NCBI GenBank assembly: GCA_965235115.1
Contig: OZ249436.1
Span: 34,846,001-34,910,000 of the forward strand
Length of the DNA stretch: 64,000 nucleotides
Source of the DNA: Laetmonice hystrix
Lineage: Eukaryota
Direction: 5' to 3'
The notes under the pieces were generated by a model that saw nothing but the letters and a program-made list of their open reading frames with translations, was not told the DNA's origin and did not search any database. The position numbers were made by a program, and so were the translations under genes. Of this stretch, positions 1-13,387 are shown piece after piece (within the stretch, counting starts at the first letter, position 1; each line of letters begins with the position of its first letter).

Positions 1-354
1 TGAGCACTGCCTGTAGTGACTCTATACCTACCTATAGGATTCTTAGCTCTGGTTTCCTTAGTGTCTACACTACGTCAGTGTCTGTTTTATCCCTATCACT
101 ACTGAATGCTCACGTTTTCTCCAGAGATTTCCTATTTATTGTCAAGATCTTGGTACATATTGTATCAGTGTCGATGGTGTATACACAGTGAACAAGTTTG
201 CATCATGTTGTGTGTCCACATTATTTTATACATTGTACAGGTACATTTTATACTTGGCCACCCCCATGGTTTTGCTTTCCCTCACGACCAACTTGAGTTT
301 CTTTCGCTCGTTTCCCCCATTTTCATTATTATTTATTTGCGTCCTGTAATTTAG

Positions 355-3300
355 CATCTCCGTCGTCGTCAGTACCGACTCGGGCGCCTTGTGTTTGTCC
401 CGAACATGTCCCGGTGAAAGCCACTGTGGACCTACAGCAACGAAGCACCACCACTGGTCAGTCCCTATAGCAACCGTTACCATGGAAATCACATGGCCAA
501 ACATTGCATGCCAGTCTCATTGGTTTATAACATCCTCACATCATCACAATCCATTGTTTTAAAATAACGTGACGACATCAACCGTTACCATGGCAACCAG
601 TCGTTTGAAAGAATAGACAAATATTGTGGTTCTTAGACTGAGTTGGCTAGTTGTACTAATTGGGTGTTTCTGTAATTAATGTAGGTCTGAATGCCATGGT
701 AACCTCAGATGTTGTTGTGTCCTAGACGTATATTTAACCCTAGCACTTCTGGACAGCAGTCTCGACCCAGGGCGGCTTTCTTCTGGCTTTTTGTTTTCTG
801 TTTATTCTCAACCTTTTGTAAAAATCTAGAAACCTGGAACTGATTTTGTTCTTTTAGTTGGATTATTAGTCCATTTAGACTCGTCACTTATGTAGTATAC
901 CCTCTCCTTTCAGTTTATTAGTGTAAGGTGGCTGGGATAGATCATAAGTTAGAGAACAACGTGCAAGACTGTAGTTCAGAAAAAAATGCAATATTTGGAA
1001 TGTTGCAGTACCAAAATTGAAAGTATACTCATTTCCACTGAATGAAGTTATTTAAGTGTATAAAACAAGTTGTGTCTTAATGCATGTCTGTTTGTCACAT
1101 AATAGTACTAATATCTGTAGAAGAGATCTTTCATGGTGTTTGAATATTTGTCAATTTTTACGAATTCTGAAAAGAAAAATTTGGAAAAAGAGATCCTTTT
1201 TGTGTGTTGGAAATTGTACACGTAATATTGATGGCCATGTCAAGGCTTTGAAATGAATTATCAGTCATAGAGATCTTCAGTCATCACAGTAGCAATCGAA
1301 ATTACACAAGTAATTGGGTTAATTATTATCATCGTGTATATTTAGAGAACATAGAAAACAAAAACTGGAACATCTCAAGATGTAGCATATATAATTTAAG
1401 GTTGTACAGACTTGTAGACGTGTGTACTAATTAAGGAACAAAGTTGTGTGCAACAGAATGCATCGTGGATTGTGTTGGGAATGTGACCACGTTAAGATTC
1501 CGTTAATGTTAGTGTGATCGGAAATGTCCTAAAGTGTTAGGGTACACCATGTTAATCAATTGTTTTTATCCGCTTCGATCGGTAGGCCCTAACGAGCCCC
1601 CCGCCAACAACCCCTGTCAATGTGTTTAACACAGCACAAGTCGGCTACCGTGTGGGGCTGGGCTTACTTTGTTTTCAGCTGTGTGCTGCCAGTTGACACT
1701 AACTTACCGATAGGGGCCAGTACTCACCATGTGTAACATTGTCTTCCCAGTCCGTACTGGCTACTCGCTGCAGTTGGCCTTGTTGACTCTTGCTGAATGC
1801 AGTTGCTAGCTTGGAAAGGGATGCAGCTACGGAGTGTTCACCAAACTTGGCCTTTTCACGGATGTTTTTTCCCCACACAAAGCAAAACCAACAAATGCTT
1901 TCAGTCTCAATGCTACTCTATTTCATTGATGATAATTATATTATAAAGCGTTAAAAATATATTTTCCATCTGTTGTGTGACGTGTGCATTGTCTGACAGT
2001 TTTGAGCCTGACTAATCGTACACGGAATCTAGAGCACATACTCTGGGAAACGTTTATGCCACTGATTTTTTAAAGTAAATCCAATTTTACCATTTATAAA
2101 CCAGAAATGTTCCCTTAGAGATAGATTCCTCTACTTTTAAACACAGCGAGTGGTGGTCTGACATTGAAAGGATCAGGAACTCCTTATGTAGGCCTCCGTG
2201 CCCTTTGACCTTGTATTGCACTGCTTGATTGATTTGATTGAATTGATTGCTCAGTTTTGATTTGTTTCTCCTCAAACAGCCAATCAGGATGTGGACGTTG
2301 GTGGCAGTAGAGAACATGTAGAAGCAAAAAATAGTATCCCAGCCATAGTTCCCGGCAGCCTTCAGGACAAGGGTAAGGCTCCACGCTCGCCACACTCTCT
2401 CCCTCACCATGGTTACCGCCAATCACCTGGCTCGACACATTTTCTACACCGGCTCTTGGCCAATCAGATGGCATTTTACTAGGCGTAAATTGCTTTGATT
2501 TTTGCGCAGGAGTTGCTAGCACGTTGTGAAAAACGAAAGTTTTATGTACGTTTGACTCGTCAAACATAATTTAAGTCACGATATATGATTTAATACAATA
2601 TAATTTTGCCCAGGTTGACTATCCCAAAGACCATTAGAGAGTTGCGTCTAAGTATTTGTATTTTATTAGTATTTTAGTCAACAATTTTTTACATGCAACC
2701 TGTCGTTGTGTTTATGCCTGTAGCTATACGACTTGACTTGAAGCTTTTCACTTCGAATATTCCTTTTTCTTTTTGCTCTTTTGTAACATTATCCATTGGT
2801 AACATGCTCTAACTACCTCCGTTATTTGGGCTGCATGCTTTCTTGTTCTGCATGGGGAAAAGTTGGTTTTATAACTTTGGAGACTAATATTGAGAGCATT
2901 CAGTTCCCCCAACACCTTCAATCATTATCTTTGTTTTAATTTTCCTTCCCCTTATCTTATTTTATCATGATGGGGTATTCTTCAGTAGTTCGTAGAACCA
3001 GTATATTAGGAACGTTCATTTTTGTTCACTTTTTTTTTTGGGGGGGGGGGGGGTAGAGAGAAAGGAGGGGGTGAATTTAGCTGGTTTGTTGTGTGTAGGG
3101 TTAGATGGTGTAGTCGTGGTTGGTGGTTCTGGTGGTGTAGACCTCGCATGTTGTTGGAGGTTGAAGGCAGCCACTGTGTGGAAGAAGATGAAGTGAATAG
3201 CGTTGAGCCCAATCCTTGTGTATCTTTACTTCACGACCTTGTAATACTCACATACACGCACACTTACCTGCTAAACCTTTCACCAACCCATTGCCAATGA

Positions 3301-3916
3301 ATTTTTGTTACAAATTAACCATATCCTCACTCATAACTAACATATCATCCATCGCTCCATGAAAAAACATGCATGCTTGACACTGACTTTCTCCGCACTT
3401 TGGTAGTATTTCAGTATTTCCAGGAACCCGAATGCATTGGATGTTTGCCATGTAGCGTAGCTAGAGCTTGTAACACTGTTGATATAATAATGTAGCCAGG
3501 TGATTCGCCCGTGTTTGACAATGTTTGTGTTTTGATCGGATCTTGCAGGACCTGAGATCGGAGCATCACGACAGGTTCAGAGTGGTACGTGTAGCGCCGC
3601 CACCCTGGCTGTGGCCACCGTCGTCGCTATCCTCCTATCTCTGGCCGTCGGCTTCCTTGGCGGTTACCGACTCAGTTTGTACCGAAACAAGGCGCACTCG
3701 GACGAACTCTTCATGGGGGTCAAGGGGGACCCACACAAAAACTTGAACCGGTTCGATAATGACCCGTACCGGTACAACCACACGGACCACTACGTACCAC
3801 AGCGAGCCGAGAAACAATTAAATGTCGTCTTGAACCCACTCAAGTCGAACACTAAACTGCCAAACGGCAGCGCAGAGACCAAAGTCCAACAGAAGGGAAA
3901 CAAGGTGTACTTATAG
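355..3916 (+). CDS. Sema1a: Class-1 transmembrane semaphorin (Sema-1a-like), 3' part. Exons 355-456, 2280-2372, 3549-3916; the 5' end lies upstream of the window
   Basis: Three exons join in frame through phase-1 GT-AG introns: ...SPSSSVPTRAPCVCPEH...|NQDVDVGG...QDK|GPEIGASRQVQSGTCSAATLAVATVVAILLSLAVGFLGGYRLSLYR (TM helix), then a tail ending LNVVLNPLKSNTKLPNGSAETKVQQKGNKVYL*. The TM and tail resemble insect Sema-1a/fasciclin IV C-termini as I recall them. The sema domain is not in the window, so identity rests on the tail. Confidence 0.7.
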
Positions 3917-6900
3917 TGCTAGGCGTCGGCGGCCATTTTGTTGGTTTGTTTTCTTGTTGTAGATAAATGAAATGATCCCACCCCAATTGACGTGTACAGA
4001 TGTACATAGTGTGTGGCGGGAATTGTGGGTTAAAGTTGATACCCGCAGACGGCCGCATCACCGGCAACTTATACAGCATTGTTTAGTGGACACAAAAGGA
4101 TGCTGCTAACAACCATCACCATCACTGATCGTGTAGAGTTCACAACACGCCCAGACAACCTCTCCCGACCACGGGAGAGTAAGAGAGATACTAACAACGT
4201 CATAAAGACGATGGAGGCGGCAAACACTTGGCAAACGGCCCGGACAGTATTTAAAAACATGACAAACTTGTGGTCCCCCAGAAAGGGGACGTCATAGATT
4301 GCTGCGGAGGTTTTGTCTGTTCTTCTCCTACGTGTAGCAGTGAGCAGAGGTTCAGATGGTAGCGAAACCTTAGAGGATTCCACAGTGTACAGCTTTCCGA
4401 GTCACCGGGACAGGCAGAGCCCTCTGGTGTGGAAACGACCAGGAGAGCCGCGAGAGAGATGGAGATAGGGAGAGAGAGAGAGATCACAGCCATGTTGAGA
4501 AGAAACATTCCAGCATGACTCGCAGATGGCGTCGAGTCGACAGGCCTGTGCCCCACAGTATACGACCCCACCCCCACCGCATGGAATCATTTATCATTGA
4601 GTGACCAACATAACGAAGTGTGATTTTGACAACAGTGCACCATTGTAAATAGACTTAGCGTCATGCAACCAGGCTGCCGGGGGGGGGGGGGGCTCACCGT
4701 CGCCATGTGCACCCGGTCTTTGCTCGCGTATTTTTTGTTTGTATATGTACAGTGTAGATATATGCAATGTTATGTCATTTTGTACCAAGTTAGGAAGGGG
4801 GAACCTCTTCCCAGTCAGTGCAACCCCTTCCGCGCCTCCCAGTGGAACCATTTATGTTTCAGTACATACATGTATATGTATGATATGTAAAGGTATATGT
4901 TTTAATGCGATCTACAAACACAACTAGGCCTAATATCGAATCGCCACTTTTAGACCAAAAATCTGATTTTACATTGTAACTATTTCTGAATGCTTCGGTA
5001 GTTAGGCATGAAGCTGTGGCCTTTTATGCTGTTGTTTCTCTATTATAATAGTATTATGCTTGTGTTCATCGTCATTATGGGCGTTTATAGCTCCCAGACC
5101 ACCCTAATTTACTTTGGCAAAGGCAGCACATAAATGATATATCATCATTTAAAGGTATCATCAACTCATTATAAGGCAAGCCAACACCACTAATGGAACG
5201 TATCCGGTAAAAATAGAAACCTTGAAATAAGTCACAATGGGCAGGTGGCAGCACTAGCGCAAGGATCCATGCAATGAATGCGAGGCCTTCCACCAGCGTA
5301 GTTGTTAGTCTACAACCATAGAACCGTTCATGCTGATTAAAAATGAGAGAAAGAGATAAAAGCTATGCAAGTATTTTTACCCAGTGTATTTGATGGAGTG
5401 CATCCTGTGTGGTTTAAGCTCACACTATCATGTACAGAATGATCTCATAACTGGAAGAAATAATGTGTTTCTCTACGCTGGACAACGTACAAAACTAGGT
5501 TAGTGTAATAAAGACCCACGTTGTAATACCCATGACAACCCCCTAGCGATGAGATACTGGGGGGTGGGGGAATCGTTAAGGTTGAAGGAAGTCAATTCTT
5601 CAATCAATTCGTCAATGTGCTTATCTTGTTGTGGTCATAATGGTGCAGAACGGAGACGTGAGAGTTGGTGGGTGTGGCCAGCTCTGGGTGGGTGTGTTTC
5701 ATTGGGTGTACGACGCAGTCTGTGCTGTAACTGCCAAGGTGAGGGGGTCGGGGGGCACACAAGTTGGTCTGCTACATGCGTGCCCGACTGGGATCCGTCA
5801 GTATTTAACCTGCTTGTAGCAATAATAACCAGTGGAGTGGGTGGGGGTTAGGGGGGTGTGGGTAGTAATCCTACTACTCTCTAAGGATGAACGGTTAGGG
5901 GGGTAGGGAACGTAACATGTTGAAAACACTAAAATATGCGACGCACTTAGCTCAGGCATAGGTTCCACTTGATCTAATTTTTCTCATCAGGCGACGTGTA
6001 CTCTAGTGTCTAGTGGTGACCGTTCACAGCGCCACACATTGTTTTACTGGTCACCATTTTAATATACCGGTATATATACGTATATAGCACCTGTTCGACG
6101 CCAAACACACCTCGGGTCTCGCTGCGCTGAATCTGGGCAGAACTACCGGGTAGTTTACCCTCTTGCATTTTACGTTTTCTCTATACAAATTAAACATTTC
6201 GTCCGCTTTTATACGCTGCCTTTTCTCCCAGCACGTGGACTTTACCGGAATTTACAGTAATTATACAAGTAGTGGCTGCCCAATAATTAGCCCAGTGAGT
6301 GGAGAGTGTTTGGTAGTAGGCAGTCTATGTCACTGACCAACAGTTGAAGGGATATGGTGTCCCAGCACCTCTTTCCCCTGACCATACGACAACCGAGATC
6401 ATATTTTGCACCTTGAGCTGATTATAACAGCAATCCGTGTACAGCTAAATGACATACTATCCCATATGCATAGTATTGTGCAAGCACATTACTGCATAGT
6501 CAATGTTCGATTACTGATAACTATAGGATGTTTTTAACCGAGAGACTTTTTATGAGGCACATACCTTTTTTTTTCCCCCGACACTTTTTGTTAAAGAAAT
6601 GTAATGACACAATGCTTGAGTGCAATACTAGTACAGTGAACTCCAGTGTCAGTGTAGGTTGGGAACAAATCATGCACGTGTATTAATTCTTGAATGTTAC
6701 ACTTGTAACTGAGTTACTGTACCTTCATTTTACAGTTCGAGTTAAGAGGCGCACAGTACCATAATAATCTTATAACTTCAAATTTGTCCATTAAGAAAAT
6801 GGGTCCAAGCACTTAATGTAATGTTAGGTCAGGGAGGTGATTTCGAGTGATTTGTTTATTTCCCTCGTAAGGGCAAATTGAAATTATAATTGACTGCTGT

Positions 6901-8174
6901 CAGTAAGAAGTGAAGATGTGTATAAATCTCTTGACTTGGCTATATTTAATCCGACGTTACTTATTTATTATAGACAGCATGTGGTAGATCAGAGAGGGCC
7001 CTGGGAAGTGTTGACCAGGGCGCCCTCTACAGGCAGTAGGCGCTTCATTCAACTCATTGTAATTGTTGAAAACACTGCAATAATGACGTGTTCCATATTT
7101 CATTCAGAGAACCTACATTGCGAGTGCTGCAGGATCTTCCAGCAAGTGTATATACAACAAATGGACACTAGTTAGTTATCCCAGTTTATGAGTTTATCAC
7201 ATAGTTTTACGACAAACTCGAGATTGGAAACCATCCTTTACAGATGCTGCAGTTGTGATTAGACTTATTGGCTCATTTTGAGGATTCTTTTTTCATCGCA
7301 GCATCTGCATGACACACTGCTTGTTCTTCATTTACGGAGAGTAGAACTCTGCCGTTCCCTGTGCCGTATGTTGAATTGTTGAATCAATATTTTATAAACG
7401 AAGCATAAGCAATCGATAACGATGTTTGAGAGTCTTTAGGCGACTAAGGAAGTCGAGGCGTAACTCCCACAGTTATTTTTAATGAGCAAGCCATAGGCAA
7501 CGGAATTAACCGAAGAAAGAAATACAACTTAAGTGTACGCGACTATATGTGCGACTAGGAGACACAGTAATTGTTCTCTCAGCTAAATGGTTTGTGTTTT
7601 TTCCGGCATTGTTATTACGAAAACTACTTCTACAGGATTGAAATCCAAATTAAAGTAAAAAAATGAGCTATGGCGGCTTTTAATGAAGAAAACTTTTGTT
7701 GTGCTGAAATAGGACGGCCGACGTGAGGGAGGTACGGTCAAGGTGTTGGAACTGACATTGTTCATAACTTATTGATTTATGCCATGATGTACATAATTGC
7801 TCATATTAAATCATTTTGCCACAACAAACGCTAACCTGGTTCTAACTTTTATTTTTGTATGACATAAAAATAAAATAGAATATCGATGAAACTATGAAGT
7901 GCTTATTTGTTTGTTTTTTGTTATTTTCAATTTTTAACATCTTACTTTTCAACCGCTGATTACAAAATGGTGGACCTGGAGTGACCAAGATGATCATATT
8001 AAACTAAAAAGGGGTGATGTGATACCAACTTTACCGCCAGTCGGCGCCAGTGTTGGCCCGAAGACTAGTGAACAAACTCAGTACATGTACATGTCCTTGC
8101 TTGGTGGGAAGAGATAATTGAGTTGCTCGTAACCTACCCGCAGAGCTATATAGCCATCAAATTAGAGAAATTTA

Positions 8175-8442
8175 CAAGACCGGATCCAGGATTTGTTTCA
8201 AGGGGGAGGGGCTGTAGTCGGCCAACGAAAGAGTTCTAACAAATTTTCTTGACATGTGAAAAAACATTTTATTTTCAAGATACATTTCGGTCTATTACAT
8301 TTGAACTATAAAAAATAATGTTAGCAAGAACAAATCAAGAGGCAAGTTGACAGCATCTATACTTTTAAGGGTTATTCTATCTTTTTTAGGATTTCTAAGG
8401 GGGGTGTAACCCCACAACCCGCCCCCAATGGATCCATCCCTG
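8175..8442. mobile_element. MITE of the CA(G/C)xGGCGGATCC-terminal family
   Basis: Degenerate TIRs caagaccggatcc / ggatccatccctg. Perfect 5-bp TSD ATTTA at 8170-8174 and 8443-8447. Confidence 0.65.
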
Positions 8443-9047
8443 ATTTAGGCCTTAAATCAAAATATTTTCGGGGTGTCATGCCCCCTTACCTAGTGACACG
8501 ACTCGACACCTTTAGTTATTCATTGACTAGGATCAGCAGACAATAAGGTCTAGATTCTAAGCGTAAAACCTAGAAATTACGCATCCTCTTTGCTTCTTTA
8601 TAGGTGAGAAGGGGGCTAATATTCTTGATTTCATGTAAACGAAGTTGTGCTTCTGCTGCATGTTTCCAAGAGAGTTTAGACTGTGTATGGGCCCAGACCT
8701 AAAAGGCTAGATGTGTTACCCCGTTAGGTTGTGGAGCGACTTCCATCAAACAGTGACGAGTCATGATCAGTCGTGACCCCCAACTTCTAGAAGGACTTCC
8801 AACGCCGAATGCGTGCTGAGCAAGAAGGACTTCCCGTGTGGCCATGCGTGACGTCACTAGACAAAGTTTACCTAAGGGCTCTAAGGCCAGGCTTGCAGTT
8901 TATAGCAGACGTGAGAGTGGCTTCCTCACGGGGACATGCAATAAAAACGCATGCACACAGATGGGACGCCACATTCCCATCCAGACTCTGGAGCGGCAAA
9001 CAGACATTACCTACAGACAGACTGGGCTTCAACATCTACCTTCAACG

Positions 9048-10362
9048 ATGGCAGACTTGTTCTACTACCCCTACCTGGCAACGCCTAGGGCTGAGTGTCC
9101 AGGTACAGTATGAATTTGGAAACAGGGCCTAAGGGTGACTTTAACGTAAGGACCGAGCCTATAGATAGGTTAGGGCTCTATATAGCTAGCCTACGTGGCG
9201 TGTTACATCTTCCTCAGTCTGTTACCCCGTAAAGCTAGATGTATTTTTAATTATCTTCCAATATTATCTTACGTACAGGTGCAACCCCTGACAACCGGGT
9301 GCAGCGTCAGCTTTGCACTGAACCCCTCGCGAAGCGTCAAAGACGTAGCCGGACACATTTTACCTGCAGCGACATCGAGCGGCTGGAAGCGGCATTCACC
9401 CTTGACCCCTATCCCGACATCCATCTGAGGGAACTGCTCGCAGACGACATCGGCGTTTCAGAGACGAGGATACAGGTCAGTATAGTTTGACAACGTTCTG
9501 ACACCACAGCACATCTGGATCTAAGATTATAGTTTAGCGTTGTCCCTTAATGGTTTATACAATATAGACACATCATGAGCCGAATACTATACGAATAAAG
9601 AGCATAGATTCTATTTAATATCTGAAAATATTTGGTTGTTCCAGACCTGGTTCCAGAACAAGCGTCGCCGGAACAGAAGACAGTTCGGACACCGTACCAA
9701 GGCTGCACCTGTCGTTAGGCTGACTCCCGTCAGCGTCCCTCCCCCGAGAAGACGGAGCCGCGTCATCTCGCCCCAGACCAAGAGCTACATGGTCGTCAGG
9801 ACGTCAGACGGTGACGTAATGAACCACAACCACAGCGTCATCATCGACCTCAGCCTTAGGTGAGACAAACCAGATTGTCGATGGTAGATGGGACCTTGTC
9901 CTAGTAATAAAAACAGAATCATCCCTGCTGCTAAACCTAGGTCTATATCTACGCCATCTTTCCACCCTTTCCAGGCCTGCCTCCAGCGACTCCAGTGAGT
10001 CTCGTCACCCAGACGCCGACCGCCCTTTCTGGTCACCGTGGGCGACTCCCTCCAGGGCCAGCACACACACGAGGGAGCTCCGACAAACGTCCCCGATAGC
10101 GTCGCCCGAGACCACCTGCCAACAGAGTGACTCCATCCCTGAATCTCCCGGACTTTCACCGTTCGTCTTCAGTCCTAGGTCGTCCAGCCTCCTGGACCGC
10201 GCCAGTAGCGGCTTGAACCTCGTCTTCGTCTTCCCAGAGGTGACGTCACTGCCAGCAGACGAGGAGCTAGCAGCGGTCAAAGTTGAAGACGTTGAGGCAC
10301 CATCCCCGGGGTACGCGAGCTGTGACTCAGACTGTGGCAGTCCAATCAACGTCTGCGACTGA
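9048..10362 (+). CDS. Divergent PRD-class (Q50 paired-like) homeobox transcription factor, ~284 aa. Exons 9048-9102, 9279-9475, 9645-9859, 9975-10362
   Basis: Homeodomain QRRSRTHFTCSDIERLEAAFTLDPYPDIHLRELLADDIGVSETRIQ|TWFQNKRRRNRRQF has P26, W48, F49, Q50, N51, R53 and the PRD-class phase-0 intron between codons 46 and 47. All four exons join in frame (855 nt). AATAAA at ~10412 and ~10459. Confidence 0.9.
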
Positions 10363-10750
10363 GGAGCCGGACAGAAGTGATCCCGTCAAATAAGAACAAA
10401 GAAGAATTGTAAATAAAATAGATAATTATCAGACCTTATGTGTACAAAGAAGAATTGTAAATAAAATTGGTAATGATATCTATGACGTGACCCTACCGTA
10501 AAGCGACCTGATACGTCAGCCTACGGCCCGCTATCCTTGCCTGTCCCTTTTACCCCAGTCAGTTGTCAAAATGAGTTCGCATTGACTCCCGCACATGACC
10601 GCATCCGCAATATTTGGGTCCCAGGCAAATATAAACCGAGGGACGCCATGTCGACGAACCTTTCATGCTTTCATGATCCAAAAATAATATAATGAAAATG
10701 ATGTTGCACAGATCTCAACTCTTAGAAGAGCCTACCTTACCAAGCCGAGT

Positions 10751-11168
10751 CAGTGGGGGATCGGGGGGGGGGGGGGGCCGCAGGGGCGTTGGAAGATAAA
10801 TTGTTTGTCGTGTAAAAAGACAGGTACGGCCGGGCCCATTGATGACTACAACCTGTACTGTAGCGCGATTTATGCCTGATTGTATTACATTAAGTGTATC
10901 AAAATTTATAAATTGTAAATCACTTAGCATATGCAGTATTTCTGAAATTTTTATTTTTATAACGTTTACACAGAATATTCATGTTTAGCTTTCACGAAAA
11001 GCTGCATACTAATAAGCAAAGCAGCATGCTATATATTATGTAGGCCTATAGTGTAATATTATTGATTATTAGCTCTACCTTTTTTAATAGAGGAAATTAA
11101 TATATAATGAACTTGTCTGTGAAAATTTTGCGCCCCCCCCCCTTGACCAAATTCTGGATCCGCCATTG
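10751..11168. mobile_element. Degenerate GGCGGATCC-family MITE
   Basis: Ends cagtgggggatc and ggatccgccattg, with subterminal G/C runs as in other copies. No TSD found. Confidence 0.4.
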
Positions 11169-11180
11169 GATATGGTTTAT

Positions 11181-12856
11181 CAGGGGCGCCGCTGCCTATT
11201 TCAAAGTGGGGGGGGGGGCAATCTTGGTGTGATTGACCTTCCCCCCCGAGATTTATGTACCATAAGAATTGCAAAATGACAGTGTATTCTGGGCTCCGAC
11301 TTTGGGAATATAAAAGGCCATCGGTGTTATTTCCCGGCTTCTCAGCATCAAACTAAAGAGCTTTTGATGCCGACCTTTTGCTCAAGATTAATGTATTAAT
11401 CAGTGAGGGATTCACCAGGGGGCTTGCCGCCCCCCTTAGATCTTCCCTTTTTGTATGAAGATCTTGGTGTGATTGACCTTCCCCCCCGAGATTTATGTAC
11501 CATAAGAATTGCAAAATAGATATCTAACAGTGTATTTACCCCCCGGGGCGGATCCAAGATTTTGTTGTTGCGGGGGGGGGGGGGGGGGGGGGGTCAGAAG
11601 GTGCCTGCGCCGAGAGGGGGGGGGGGGCTCCGACTGAAAATGTTTGGGAATATAAAAGGCCATAGATGCTATTTCCCGGCTTCTCAGCATCAAACTAAAG
11701 AGCTTTCGATGCCGAACTTCTGCTCAAAATTAATGTATTAATCAGTGAGGGATTCAGGGGGCTTGCCCCCCTTAGATCTTCCCTTTTTGTATGAAGATGT
11801 ATTACTATTAGTAGTTACAATGGAATCATGCCGAGCGTAGCGAGACTAAAATTTTTTTAGGTGCATGGGCCCCACCTGGCCCTTGACATCACAAGAAACA
11901 GTATCAAGCAAAATTTTTCAGAAGCAAAAACAGTTGACGATTAAGCCTAAAACACACTTTTACCAAATAAAATAGAGACCGTCCCCATCCTACTTGCCAC
12001 TCTCTATTCTACCACACTAGGCCTAGTAAAAAATTGGTAAACCTCACTCATTAATAATAAATGAATACATGGCCTAACGCTGTCAGACAATAATTGAAGC
12101 GTGGCCTAGATTTCCTAGAGCTAAATAATAGACCTGAATATTCAGGTCTATATGAGCTAAACAAGAGACGGTACAGGGGCGGATCCAGCTTTTTCAAGTA
12201 GGGGGGTCCATCGTTTTTAGGGGCGCAACCGGAGTGACTGAACGAGCACAGAAGGCCCAAAGCTTTGCTAAGGGGTCCGGGGGCATGCCCCCCGGAAAAA
12301 TTTCAAATTAAAGGTGCAATTTAGTGAAATCTGATGCATTTTGGAGCACAAAATAAGCTATTTAAAGACCAATGATATCAAAAGTCTTATGTAGCCCTAC
12401 AATGCCGTGAGGCGCCATTAACGGCAGGAGGGGCGCCATGAAACTTTAGGGGGGGGGGGGGGGGGTCCAGACCCTATATGTGACCCCCTTCCCTGGATCC
12501 GCCAGTGTGGTATAGACTAAGGTACACAGGGAAGCTGCAGGGGGCCTGGGCCGCGGTTAGGCCCATATTAATTATAGAAGAGCAAAGCATAGACCTATCT
12601 CCTAAACATATTCAAAGACACACCGATGGCCTATATATTATAGGCGAAAGCCAAGATTAAAAATGATCAAAATATATCTTAACTTTGCCTCCCATGGGCC
12701 ATTGACCTTCAAAAGCAGGCATATGGAGTATAAGAAGACCTGTAGATCTATTAGGCCTATCTTCAACTTCAAGGAGCCTTTGACCTTTTTAGGTCGCCAG
12801 CAAAAGTGGGGGGGGGGGACATGTCCCCCCCGTCCCCCCCGGCAGCGGCGCCCCTG
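11181..12856. mobile_element. Non-autonomous DNA transposon with internal duplication and a nested MITE
   Basis: Perfect 16-bp TIR CAGGGGCGCCGCTGCC at 11181-11196 and 12841-12856. Internal direct duplication (~11221-11460 vs ~11461-11797). No TSD evident. Confidence 0.6.
12174..12507. mobile_element. GGCGGATCC-family MITE nested in the 11181-12856 element
   Basis: TIRs CAGGGGCGGATCCAG / CTGGATCCGCCAGTG. Flanks CGGTA / TGGTA (5-bp TSD with one CpG-type change). Confidence 0.7.
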
Positions 12857-13387
12857 TTGCAGGAATCTTTACACCTAGTGCCATGTCCACTATAGCGGCA
12901 AGTTTGTATGTATGTATGTATGTTTATTTAGACTCACAAGAAAAACAACACATTTTACAATCATTTGAAATTATACACAAGTAGAGCAATCCTTATGAGT
13001 CAAGGCTAAAATCATCCTTAGTCGTGTTGGACTGTAAACCAGGTACAAAAAACACTTGTATTGTTGCACGAAGAAAACAGTAATATACATCAGGTACCTG
13101 GCCGGATGATGCCTGAACATAACATCATTAACTTAAACTAGATAACATGCTGCTTGAAAGAATGAAGACATGACAAGAATGTTTCGACATGAAGACTACA
13201 GTCACCACCAACAGGGGGCGCGGCGGAATCTCGGCAAGGGATGAGCGGGTCTCCATCCGACGAGATATGCGTCCCGTCCCACACCAGTCTCTGCTCACCA
13301 GTATAGGCATCGTCAAGCTGCTCTATCGGGTATTAGGCTGCGAACGCTGCACAGGGACACCGGGATCTAGCCTTTCGAAATAGTCAA

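Noticed and set aside
3167..3217. Possible 51-nt semaphorin cassette exon (GSHCVEEDEVNSVEPNP) that would create T|GA before the TM and give a soluble isoform
   Set aside because: The acceptor is purine-rich and the GTGTAT donor is weak. Not supportable without RNA data.
9785..10349. Minus-strand ORFs of 114-124 aa
   Set aside because: Antisense shadows of the GC-rich homeobox exons.
13081..13100. TACATCAGGTAC resembling the 3' part of miR-12
   Set aside because: The seed does not match and there is no convincing hairpin.
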